Origin: Candidatus Aegiribacteria sp.
GTDB taxonomy: Bacteria; Fermentibacterota; Fermentibacteria; Fermentibacterales; JCC-6
DNA length: 64,000 bases
Assembly (NCBI GenBank): GCA_021108005.1
Contig: JAIORS010000076.1
Coordinates: forward strand, 8,860 to 72,859
Reading direction: 5' to 3'
Shown here: piece by piece, positions 36,918-45,826 of the stretch
Layout of the letters: every line of letters begins with the position of its first letter
Numbering within the stretch: position 1 is the first letter of the stretch
Made by a program: the position numbers and the translations under genes
Notes under the pieces: model-generated
Seen by the model: the letters and a program-made list of their open reading frames with translations, nothing else
Told to the model about the DNA's origin: nothing
The model's database searches: none

Positions 36918-37399
36918 TAATGCGACTTGAAGGAATAAAACTGCTGGCTCTGGATGTTGACGGAGTACTTACAGACGGAGGGATGTACTACGGTGCTGAG
37001 GGAGTGATTCAGCGATTCAATTCAGCAGACGGGGCGGGGATAATTGAACTTCGAAGGAGGGATTTCCCGGTTGCACTGGTTTCCTTCAGAGATTTCCCCG
37101 CAACCAGGAGAAGGGCAGCTGACCTCGGGATAGAACTGCTGTGTCTGGGCAGCGCCGAGAAGGCAGAAGCCCTTAGAAGTATTTGCGGAAACCTGTCGAT
37201 TGAACCTGAAGCCGCGTTATTCATGGGTGATGGTCTTATGGATCTGCCTGCAATAAGAACTGCAGGAATCGGAGCCTGTCCTTCCAACGCTCACCCTCTT
37301 GTAAAAGCTGAATGTGATATCATCACAGAAAATGCCGGTGGAGATGGAGCTGTCAGAGAGGTGGTGGATATGCTCCTCGAGAGTCAGGAAAATGGCTGA
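36905..37399 (+). CDS. kdsC: Kdo-8-phosphate phosphatase (HAD)
   Basis: LALDVDGVLTDG and GDGLMDLP HAD motifs. 164 aa. Confidence 0.85.
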   Translation: MGKLIMRLEGIKLLALDVDGVLTDGGMYYGAEGVIQRFNSADGAGIIELRRRDFPVALVSFRDFPATRRRAADLGIELLCLGSAEKAEALRSICGNLSIEPEAALFMGDGLMDLPAIRTAGIGACPSNAHPLVKAECDIITENAGGDGAVREVVDMLLESQENG

Positions 37400-38351
37400 C
37401 CTGTACGAAGAAGCTCTGAGGGTGCTCAGGATCGAAGCGGACTGGCTCGAAGCCACAGGAGTACTTGTCGAAAAAACCTTTACCCGGGCGGTTGAGATTC
37501 TGGCGGGAACCGAGGGCAAAATAATCATATGCGGGATGGGCAAATCCGGGCATGTGGGCAGGAAGATAGCCGCAACCATGACCAGTACAGGAAGCCCGGC
37601 GTATTTCCTGCATCCTTCGGAGGGTATCCATGGAGATATCGGAATACTTCAGAAGAACGATGTCGCTCTTGTCCTTTCCAAAAGCGGTGAAACGGAGGAG
37701 ATAGCTCTGCTTCTTCCCGGTTTCATGAGATTGAAAATTCCCATAGTTGCCATAACCGGATCCGACGATTCTTTACTCTCCCGGGCGGCAGATGTGGTTT
37801 TGCCCCTTCCCGATATGAAGGAAGCCTGCCCTTACGATCTCGCGCCTACAGCAAGCACCACCTCGATGATGGCGCTTGGCGATGCCCTGGCAATGGCGCT
37901 GCTTCGGATCAGGAACTTCTCCTCCGATGATTTCGCGCAGGTTCATCCCGGCGGAACACTTGGCCGGAAGCTGCTTACAAGAGTAAGGGATCTGATGGTT
38001 TCCGATTCGCTTCCTGTAATGAACGAATCAGCACCCCTATCGGAAGCGATAGCAATGATGACGGGGCACCGTGGAGTGTGTTTTTCAACTGACGATGAGG
38101 GAAAACTCAGCGGGATTTTCGTTTACGGAGACCTTGGCAGACTCATGAAGAACAGAACCAATGTACTTGATCTGACACTTGAGGATGTTATTGTACGTGA
38201 ACCCTCAATCTGTTTTGAAGAGGAACTTGCGACCATCGCTGTCTCAAGAATGGAAGAACTCGGAATAACCTGTCTCGTGGCTGTTGATCATGATCGTTTG
38301 CCTGTGGGCGTTTTCTATCTTCACGATGCACTCCAGGCAGGAGTGAAATAG
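37392..38351 (+). CDS. kdsD: Arabinose-5-phosphate isomerase (SIS + tandem CBS)
   Basis: CGMGKSGHVGRKIAATMTSTGSP SIS motif and a C-terminal CBS pair. The ATG at 37392 overlaps the kdsC end. Confidence 0.9.
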   Translation: MADLYEEALRVLRIEADWLEATGVLVEKTFTRAVEILAGTEGKIIICGMGKSGHVGRKIAATMTSTGSPAYFLHPSEGIHGDIGILQKNDVALVLSKSGETEEIALLLPGFMRLKIPIVAITGSDDSLLSRAADVVLPLPDMKEACPYDLAPTASTTSMMALGDALAMALLRIRNFSSDDFAQVHPGGTLGRKLLTRVRDLMVSDSLPVMNESAPLSEAIAMMTGHRGVCFSTDDEGKLSGIFVYGDLGRLMKNRTNVLDLTLEDVIVREPSICFEEELATIAVSRMEELGITCLVAVDHDRLPVGVFYLHDALQAGVK

Positions 38352-38358
38352 ATTTGTA

Positions 38359-39270
38359 ATGGCATCAAATCTACCATTCCGTAGATTCAGGCATTCACTG
38401 CAGCTTCCTGTTGTGAAGCTCCTGGCTTTTCTCGGAAGGGTTATGCCCAGGAAGCTTATCTGGGATATCTCTTATTTATTGGGTTCGATTGCGTCCCTGA
38501 TTCCCGGCAGATCCAGGAGAATATTCAATATAAACGAAAAACACATCATTCAGCCCTGCGGTTTGAAAGTCAGTCTCAGCCGTGTATACAGGTACATTAT
38601 TGCAGGGATAATTGATTTCATCAATCTGAATTACAAGTCGGATGAGGATTTTCTCCAGGTGGTGGAAATTCGAGGCGAGGAACACATGAAAGCGGCGCTT
38701 TCCCTCGGGAAGGGAGCCATAGCAATAACCGCGCACTACTCTGCATGGGAGCTTATACCAAGAGCTATTCATCTTCAGGGGCATGAAGTTGGCATTATTA
38801 CAAGGAAGTTGGCTCACAAAGGTACATCCACGTATTTCAACAGTCTGAGAACCCGGCACGGAGTTGCGCTTATTGACAGAGGAAGTGGAATTGCAAGGCT
38901 TATGCGGGTGTTGCGGGATAATACCGCTGTGGGTATCTTGATAGATCAGGATACCCTGGGAGTTGAAAGCGATTTTGTTGACTTCATGGGTCTTCCCGCG
39001 AGAACACCGGTTGGGCCGTCACAGCTGGCTGTAAGATTTGGAATACCCGTTCTTACACTGCATATATCAAGAAGAGAAAACGGGAAGTACCTGCTTGAAA
39101 TCGACGAGGCTCTAGACCTGTCCAAGTACCAGGGTGATAAGGGTTATATTGAACTTACAGCCGATCTTACCGGAAGGATTGAGGAGTGGGTTAATGAAGA
39201 TCCCGAACAGTGGGTCTGGATTCATGAGCGCTGGGCTCGCCGTCCTGGTGGGGCTCCTGGCCTGCGGTAA
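38359..39270 (+). CDS. Lipid A late acyltransferase family (LpxL/HtrB/MsbB)
   Basis: ITAHYSAWELIPRA (HxxxxE-type motif), ILIDQD, and a C-terminal WVWIHERW. Confidence 0.8.
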   Translation: MASNLPFRRFRHSLQLPVVKLLAFLGRVMPRKLIWDISYLLGSIASLIPGRSRRIFNINEKHIIQPCGLKVSLSRVYRYIIAGIIDFINLNYKSDEDFLQVVEIRGEEHMKAALSLGKGAIAITAHYSAWELIPRAIHLQGHEVGIITRKLAHKGTSTYFNSLRTRHGVALIDRGSGIARLMRVLRDNTAVGILIDQDTLGVESDFVDFMGLPARTPVGPSQLAVRFGIPVLTLHISRRENGKYLLEIDEALDLSKYQGDKGYIELTADLTGRIEEWVNEDPEQWVWIHERWARRPGGAPGLR

Positions 39271-39763
39271 CTCCGATAGCGCTGACATGGATCCCGATCG
39301 GGAACCGATGCAGACCGTTGAAGATTTTACATTGGTTCAGTCACTTAAAGGTGATCGGTCATGGCGTCTTGTCAGCGAAGTGGCAATTTATACCGAGGGT
39401 GACAGTCTGCTTCTTATCTCGGATGTTGATCTGACATTCTTTGAAGATGATATTCCAACAACGATTCTGAAGGGCGACTCCGGGCGGGTTGAACTGCAGA
39501 CCGGCCTCATGAGAATATGGGGTAATGTCAACGCTGAAACGGATGACGGCAGGTATCTGGAAACTCAGGAGATAATCTGGGATGATGAAATGGAGATATT
39601 CCACAGTGACTGTCTGGTTGTAATGACAATTCCGGATTCGGCAGGGGAAACCGTGCTTTCCGGAAGAGGTGTTGATCTTGATACCGGTCTCGGAGCCGTT
39701 GAAGGTGTTGATATAGAAGAGAATTTTACCGCTGTATATCTTGGAGATCTGGAACTTGAATAA
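39194..39763 (+). CDS. lptC: LPS export protein LptC-like (lipobox variant)
   Basis: LVGLLACGN leader followed by an LptC-type beta-jellyroll pattern, and position upstream of lptA/lptB. The start is uncertain (39194 or 39224). Confidence 0.65.
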   Translation: MKIPNSGSGFMSAGLAVLVGLLACGNSDSADMDPDREPMQTVEDFTLVQSLKGDRSWRLVSEVAIYTEGDSLLLISDVDLTFFEDDIPTTILKGDSGRVELQTGLMRIWGNVNAETDDGRYLETQEIIWDDEMEIFHSDCLVVMTIPDSAGETVLSGRGVDLDTGLGAVEGVDIEENFTAVYLGDLELE

Positions 39764-40811
39764 CCTGATACTCGTCCTCTTCTCGGTTCTGACAGCTGGC
39801 ACCGGTGTTTTTACAACGTCCGCTGACAGGGCTGTAAGCAGGGATACGGATATTGGAGAGATGGTGATTGACCTGGTTGGCAATGTAGTTGTCACCGATG
39901 GAGAGGTAACCGTAACCTCCGACAGCGGAACTGTATGGCAGGGATCAGGTAATGCCGTTTTCTACAGCAATGTAACCGTTGAAGCTGATACCCTCACGGG
40001 AACTTCTCATTACCTTGAATACATCAAGGAAGCGGGAATGATAACCATGACCGGCAATGTAATGTTAACCGATGGAGAGACGGTTCTGGAAGCCGGAGAA
40101 GTCGTTTACTTCCGGGAATCGGGAAAGGCTACCGCCAGAGATAGCGTACTCATGACAGGCCCGACCCTGGGAAGGGTAGAAGGACAGTATGCGCTGTACG
40201 ACCGGGAGAGAGGAAGCCTGTTCGTAACGGTTGATCCTGTCCTGAGAAGAGTTGAGGACGGTGACAGCTTGATTGTCATAGCTGACAGGCTGGAATTCTT
40301 TCCCGAAGACAATTCTGCGGAAGCCCAGGGCAACGCTTCAGTTTCAATGCCTGAAAAGGATTTCTATTCCACTTCGGAGTATCTGCGATATTTCGGAAAC
40401 GAAGACCGTTTTGAGCTTTTTGGTTCACCCGTTCTCGAATCTGAGGATGCTGAATTAACCGGAGACTGGATGGAGATACTGCTGGAATCCTCAGGCGACC
40501 CACGCTCCGTCAGGATAGAAGGGGGCGCTTCCGGCCATTTCCTTGATACAGGTGTTGATCCGCCTGCCGAAACATGGTTCTCGTCGGAACGGGCTTTCTT
40601 CGCATTCAAGAACAATGATCCTGATTCAATAATGCTCACAGGGTCCGCAACACTCAGGATGAAATCCGGTGGTGAAGCTGCCTCAAGAAATGAAATGAAC
40701 ACGGTCAGAGGTAACACTCTGCTTATCAGTTTTGAGAATGGAGAGGCAGTGGAAGTTATTGTATCGGGCAGCGTAACCGGAACGTACAGCTACCTCGGAG
40801 GTAATCCATGA
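39741..40811 (+). CDS. lptA: OstA/LptA-like periplasmic protein (extended, repeated OstA-like fold)
   Basis: Signal/anchor followed by repeated GNV.VT.G....A..A.Y patterns typical of OstA_N. It is flanked by lptC and lptB. Confidence 0.6.
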   Translation: MEIWNLNNLILVLFSVLTAGTGVFTTSADRAVSRDTDIGEMVIDLVGNVVVTDGEVTVTSDSGTVWQGSGNAVFYSNVTVEADTLTGTSHYLEYIKEAGMITMTGNVMLTDGETVLEAGEVVYFRESGKATARDSVLMTGPTLGRVEGQYALYDRERGSLFVTVDPVLRRVEDGDSLIVIADRLEFFPEDNSAEAQGNASVSMPEKDFYSTSEYLRYFGNEDRFELFGSPVLESEDAELTGDWMEILLESSGDPRSVRIEGGASGHFLDTGVDPPAETWFSSERAFFAFKNNDPDSIMLTGSATLRMKSGGEAASRNEMNTVRGNTLLISFENGEAVEVIVSGSVTGTYSYLGGNP

Positions 40812-41560
40812 CCGCTCATAAGGTCAGAAATCCAAAGTTGGAAATTTTAAGAACTGACAAACTAATCAAGAGGTACCGGAGAAGGGCAGTTGTCAACGGT
40901 ATCTCACTGTCCGTCAGCCGGGGTGAGACGGTTGGGCTTTTAGGGCCTAACGGTGCCGGGAAGACTACTACTTTTAACCAGATTGTTGGTTTCATCAGAC
41001 CGGACTCCGGTGATGTATATATGGACGATATAGTCCTCACGCATTTGCCCATGTATAAAAGATGCAGGCTTGGAATAGGTTATCTGCCCCAGGAATCAAG
41101 CGTGTTCAGAAAGTTGTCTGTAGCTGACAACCTGATGAGTATTCTGGAAACAACGGGGCTGAAAAAGAGGGAGCGAAAAAAAAGACAGGCCCGGCTCCTT
41201 GCGGATCTGGGTATTGAAAAGCTTGCTGATCAGAAGGCTTACACTCTTTCCGGAGGAGAGAGAAGAAGAGTTGAGATAGCAAGAGCCCTTGTTACGGACC
41301 CGGCGTTTCTGCTTCTGGATGAACCCTTTGCGGGGATAGACCCTATAGCTGTTGATGATATTCAGAGTATCATCATGGACCTCAGAACCAGAGGGCTTGG
41401 TATTCTCATCACCGATCATAACGTAAGGGAAACCCTTGAAATTACCGACAGAGCTTATATTATGTACGATGGAAAAATCTTGATATCCGGTTCCGCCCAG
41501 GAACTTGCTGAAGACCCCGAAGCCAGAAAGATCTACCTGGGAGAAAGGTTCAAGTTGTAG
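40808..41560 (+). CDS. lptB: LPS export ABC transporter ATP-binding protein
   Basis: Walker A GPNGAGKTT, signature LSGGERRRVEIARAL, Walker B LLLDEPFAGIDP. Confidence 0.9.
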   Translation: MTAHKVRNPKLEILRTDKLIKRYRRRAVVNGISLSVSRGETVGLLGPNGAGKTTTFNQIVGFIRPDSGDVYMDDIVLTHLPMYKRCRLGIGYLPQESSVFRKLSVADNLMSILETTGLKKRERKKRQARLLADLGIEKLADQKAYTLSGGERRRVEIARALVTDPAFLLLDEPFAGIDPIAVDDIQSIIMDLRTRGLGILITDHNVRETLEITDRAYIMYDGKILISGSAQELAEDPEARKIYLGERFKL

Positions 41561-41561
41561 T

Positions 41562-43001
41562 ATGCCCGATTTCAAGTTGAGTCAGAATCTCCGAATGGTC
41601 CAGACCCAGAAACTGGCGCTTACCCAGAGGATCAGGCAGGCTCTGGAAATTCTTCAGGTTCCATCCCTGGACCTTGAAAATCTGATAAAACAGGAACTCC
41701 AGGAAAATCCGCTTCTTGAGCAGAGCGGTCCCGAGGACAGGAAAGCGGATGAAAAAAATGATGGAGATGAGAACCGCGAGAGGGAAGAGCCATGGGACGA
41801 GGAGCCTTCCAGAAGCGATAGCAAGGAAGATGATACTCTTGATATTCTCAGAAAACTGGACGAGCACTCCGGTGACAACTTTTCAGAGCCTTACCGTGGT
41901 GATGACGAGCCCTGGATTCGTGAACCCCCAAGCGAGTCAACGCTTTACGAGTATCTTCTTAAACAGGTATGGTCGATTATGCTTCCAGGTGACATTGAGG
42001 AAGCTGTGGTTTACATAGTCTACTCTCTTGACAGGCACGGGTTGTTATCCCTTCCAATTTTTGAACTGCAGTCAGCATGGGAAGGAAACCCCGATCTCAT
42101 TGTACAGGCTATTGAGATCGTCCGTACTCTTGAACCGACCGGTGTCGGAGCGCTGAGCGCGAGCGGCGCTCTTGAAATGCAGCTGGAAGAACTGGGATAT
42201 GAGCATGACAGTCTTGAGTACCGGATTGTAGCTGAGCATTTCAGCGAAATCGCTGAGAGAAAGATAAAGGATATAGCGGCAGCTGAAGGTGTATCGGCAC
42301 ATAGGATTCAGGAAGCAGTTGATCGAATATCTGTTCTTAATCCGTGGCCTGGCAACGAATTCACATCATCGGCGAATACAGCTGTAATACCTGATATTAT
42401 CATCGTCAAAATAGAAGACCATTTTGAGGCAATTCTCAACGACAACAGGTTTCCGCACCTGATGATATCCGCAAGGAACAGACGGATACTCGAATCACCC
42501 GGTACTTCATCGAAGGAGAAGGAATACGTAAAGAACAAGTTCCGGAAAGCTTCATGGTTCATTAAGGCTATAAGGCAGCGGCAGGAAACCGTTACCAGGA
42601 TAGGAGAATTCATAACTGACTATCAGAAAGATTATTTTGAGTGGGGCATTGAGGGGCTGCGGCCTCTTACACTGCAGATTGTGGCCGATGCTCTCGGGTA
42701 CAATCAGTCCACTATAAGTCGAGCCATAAACGGAAAATACGTTCAGTCGCCAAAGGGCATTCACGAAATGAGGTTTTTCTTCAGCAGGGCTCTTCCGGGC
42801 GAGAGGGGTGATGTCTCCAGCAGAACCGTCAAAGATGAACTAAGAAAAATCATTGAAACGGAGGATAAGAGCAAACCTCTGTCCGATACGAAGCTTGTTC
42901 TGGCACTTGAGGCTGCCGGCATGAAAGTCAAGAGGCGGACGGTCGCGAACTACCGGTTGGAAATGGATATTCCATCCGCGAGAAAAAGAAAAAGATACTG
43001 A
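41562..43001 (+). CDS. rpoN: RNA polymerase sigma-54 factor
   Basis: N-terminal Q/L-rich region I (LSQNLRMVQTQKLALTQ), an acidic region II, an HTH, and the RpoN box RRTVANYRLEMDIPSARKRK. Confidence 0.95.
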   Translation: MPDFKLSQNLRMVQTQKLALTQRIRQALEILQVPSLDLENLIKQELQENPLLEQSGPEDRKADEKNDGDENREREEPWDEEPSRSDSKEDDTLDILRKLDEHSGDNFSEPYRGDDEPWIREPPSESTLYEYLLKQVWSIMLPGDIEEAVVYIVYSLDRHGLLSLPIFELQSAWEGNPDLIVQAIEIVRTLEPTGVGALSASGALEMQLEELGYEHDSLEYRIVAEHFSEIAERKIKDIAAAEGVSAHRIQEAVDRISVLNPWPGNEFTSSANTAVIPDIIIVKIEDHFEAILNDNRFPHLMISARNRRILESPGTSSKEKEYVKNKFRKASWFIKAIRQRQETVTRIGEFITDYQKDYFEWGIEGLRPLTLQIVADALGYNQSTISRAINGKYVQSPKGIHEMRFFFSRALPGERGDVSSRTVKDELRKIIETEDKSKPLSDTKLVLALEAAGMKVKRRTVANYRLEMDIPSARKRKRY

Positions 43002-43022
43002 TTATCTGAAAAGGCGGTACCT

Positions 43023-43514
43023 GTGGATAAACCCGGAATTGAACTCGTAGACATTGATTTCCCTGAGGGCTGCAACATCATTCTGGGACAGTCCCATTTT
43101 ATTAAAACCGTTGAAGATCTGTACGAAGCGGTTATCGGCACTGTTCCGGAAGCCCGGTTCGGACTTGCATTCTCCGAAAGTTCGGGGCCAAGACTGATTA
43201 GAAGCGACGGGAGTGACCTCGAACTGAGATCCATAGCTGAGAAGAATCTTCTAAAGCTTGGATGCGGCCACACTTTCCTGATTGTATTGAACGGAGTTTT
43301 TCCAATACAGATATTGAATCAGGTGAAAAATGTGCCCGAAGTCTGCAGTATCTACTGCGCCACAGCAAATCCACTGCAGGTTATTGTCGGTCGGTCACGA
43401 CAGGGAGGCGGAGTCATGGGAGTAATAGATGGGGAATCTCCACTTGCCGTCGAAATAGAAGAGGATATCGAAAATCGTATCGAACTCCTGAAAAGAATAG
43501 GGTACAAAAGATAG
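43023..43514 (+). CDS. Adenosine-specific kinase family protein (PF04008-like)
   Basis: GQSHFIKTVEDLYEA, FGLAFSESSGPRLIR, GCGHTFLIVL and IYCATANPLQVIV match my memory of this mostly archaeal family. Confidence 0.55.
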   Translation: MDKPGIELVDIDFPEGCNIILGQSHFIKTVEDLYEAVIGTVPEARFGLAFSESSGPRLIRSDGSDLELRSIAEKNLLKLGCGHTFLIVLNGVFPIQILNQVKNVPEVCSIYCATANPLQVIVGRSRQGGGVMGVIDGESPLAVEIEEDIENRIELLKRIGYKR

Positions 43515-43531
43515 TATCTCACAGGAAGAAA

Positions 43532-44794
43532 CTGCTTCTTGCAGCCGTTGTTCTGCCACCACTGTCAGCACTGCTGCTCCCGCTGATATTCCAGGTTGAC
43601 GTTCCAGTTCACGATCAGTGGGACCTGGTGCCGGCGATGTCTTCATGGTGCGACGGCAGACTGCCTGCAAGTGAGATATGGCATCCCTACGGTGAGCACA
43701 GGATGTTCCTGCCCAGGCTGCTGATGCTCCTGATGGGCAGAGCTTCCGGATGGCGTATTCAGCTTGAGTCACTGCTTTCTTCGCTGCTTCTTATATCGGG
43801 AGCTGTTCTGATTGCGATAAAGGTCGTTCGCGAATCACGTGAATGTAATCGAAATATCTGGATACCCCTTGCCCTTACTTCGCTGCTGGCCCTTGCTCCA
43901 AACCGTGCTGAAGCCTATATGTGGGGATGGCAGCTGCAGGTTTCCCTCGCCCTGTTCTTCACTGTATCCGCAATGATGCTGTTTGAAAGATCACAGAACC
44001 GTCTGATACTTCTGATTCCTGCTGTTATCTTCGGTTTCGCCGCGTCATTCTCATTCGGAGCCGGTCTGGCGGTCTGGCCATCGGGTCTGCTGATTTTGCT
44101 GCCATTTCGATCAAAACGCTCATGGATTGCAGCTGCCGTATGGTTTGCCGCAGCTGCAGCGGTTGTTTCCCTTTATCTGGGGTCCATGTTCGAAACTTCC
44201 CGGACGATCATGATTGATGATATTCCGCGGATCGTATTCTACGCGATAGTCTTTGTTGGCTCGCCCCTTCTTTCCTATGCGCACAGGGTGCCGGCGGTCG
44301 GGATATATATTGCCGGACTTATAGGATTATCAGGAATAATTATGCTTGCGCTGCTTGTATCCAGAATATGGAGATCCGGAGGTGATAACTGGAGATTCTG
44401 GGGCGCTCTCGGGTGCATTTCCATCTTTTCGGGACTGCTTGCAGGATCTGGAAGATCGGGATTCGGTGCCGAGCAGGCACTGGCTCTCCGCTATATACCG
44501 TTCTCTTCCCTGCTATGGATCTCAATTGTCGTTTTGATGATTGCGGCGAAGAATCCGCCTTTCACTGTCCGCGCGAGGAAAACGGCTACGTGGATTCTTG
44601 TTCTTATGCTGCTTCTCTCTTCTGCTCACGGTATATACTACTGCTGCAGAAGGATGGAGCGACTGAAGCCGGTACCGCAAATGCTTCTCGATGAAAGGTT
44701 TGATCAAGCTGCTCCCAGGGTTCTGATTGAACAGGAAAAACTTCAGCATCTCTGTGAACATCTCAGGGATAACAGGCTTTCTGTCTACAGGTAA
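43532..44794 (+). CDS. Polytopic membrane protein of unknown function (start uncertain)
   Basis: The ORF frame 43262..44794 overlaps the upstream gene until 43514. The first TM helix (LLLAAVVLPPLSALLLPLIF) precedes the first Met. Candidate starts are CTG 43532 and ATA 43511. Confidence 0.45.
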   Translation: MLLAAVVLPPLSALLLPLIFQVDVPVHDQWDLVPAMSSWCDGRLPASEIWHPYGEHRMFLPRLLMLLMGRASGWRIQLESLLSSLLLISGAVLIAIKVVRESRECNRNIWIPLALTSLLALAPNRAEAYMWGWQLQVSLALFFTVSAMMLFERSQNRLILLIPAVIFGFAASFSFGAGLAVWPSGLLILLPFRSKRSWIAAAVWFAAAAAVVSLYLGSMFETSRTIMIDDIPRIVFYAIVFVGSPLLSYAHRVPAVGIYIAGLIGLSGIIMLALLVSRIWRSGGDNWRFWGALGCISIFSGLLAGSGRSGFGAEQALALRYIPFSSLLWISIVVLMIAAKNPPFTVRARKTATWILVLMLLLSSAHGIYYCCRRMERLKPVPQMLLDERFDQAAPRVLIEQEKLQHLCEHLRDNRLSVYR

Positions 44795-44804
44795 CTTCCT
44801 GAGT

Positions 44805-45737
44805 TCAGATTCCTTCGCGTATGTGCTGGAACGTTTCTTTCATGGCTTCCTCAACAGGGAGAATCGGTTCCCATCCTGTGACACTGCGCGACAGCCCATC
44901 CTCAACAGGCCATTCCGATGCCAGAAGTTCCCTGCATTTGTCCCTGCAGAAGAACGGAATTCTTCTGGTTAAGGATGCCAGGGCTTCCGACATGAATCCA
45001 GCGGTGTACACCAGAAATGGAGGAATTCTGATATGAAGTATTTTTCTGGCGGCAGCTTTCTCCAGGATTCTATGAAAATCCTTCCATGAAAAGAGTTCTC
45101 CGTAGGATGGTTCGAGTGTCTTTCCAACAGTATCAGGATAATAGGGAAGGTCTGCTATCAGTCTCGCCAGGTCCCTGGCGTAAACCAGGCAAAACCCTTT
45201 GCCATTGATCCAGGGGGATACGAAAATGCCTTTGAGAGCAAGCTTCATCACAGGTGTGGAAGCTGGATCGCCGGGTCCGAAAATGGCAGGGGGACGTAAT
45301 ATCACCCAGTTGTCCGTATCCCTGACGGCGAATTCGCCCAGAAGTTTGCTTCTTCCGTAATCGGTCACCGGTGCTCTTCCTGTCGGTCCCGATGCGGCCT
45401 GGCTGGAAACGAAGATGAAGAGGGCGTTCGGTGCATACCTTTCTCTGGCGGTCAGCAGATTTTTCGTTACAAGGGCATTCGCTCTGTCGAATTCCTCCTG
45501 GCTCGCGGCGCTGGTCGCGCCGGCTGCGTGTACAATCACATCAGCATCGGAGACTGCCTCAGCCATCGAATCCGGATTCATAAAGTCTACTCGCGCGAAT
45601 TCGCATTCATCAGGCAGATTTTTCAGCGATGAGGATTTTCTGAGAAGGGCGTGGACAGGGATGCCCCTGTCCAGCATTGTCTTTATAATATGGCTTCCGA
45701 GGAAACCTGAAGCGCCGGTAATGATAGTCTTATTCAT
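44805..45737 (-). CDS. NAD(P)-dependent epimerase/dehydratase (extended SDR)
   Basis: The Rossmann motif IITGASGFLGSH follows the ATG at 45737. YxxxK is present as YGRSK. Confidence 0.8.
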   Translation of the reverse strand: MNKTIITGASGFLGSHIIKTMLDRGIPVHALLRKSSSLKNLPDECEFARVDFMNPDSMAEAVSDADVIVHAAGATSAASQEEFDRANALVTKNLLTARERYAPNALFIFVSSQAASGPTGRAPVTDYGRSKLLGEFAVRDTDNWVILRPPAIFGPGDPASTPVMKLALKGIFVSPWINGKGFCLVYARDLARLIADLPYYPDTVGKTLEPSYGELFSWKDFHRILEKAAARKILHIRIPPFLVYTAGFMSEALASLTRRIPFFCRDKCRELLASEWPVEDGLSRSVTGWEPILPVEEAMKETFQHIREGI

Positions 45738-45826
45738 ATTTGCCGGAATCCGTTGACTTTTGAGGGTATACTGATTAATTTTCTTTGCAATGCTACATAT
45801 TGATTCAACCAATGACAAGGTGTAAT

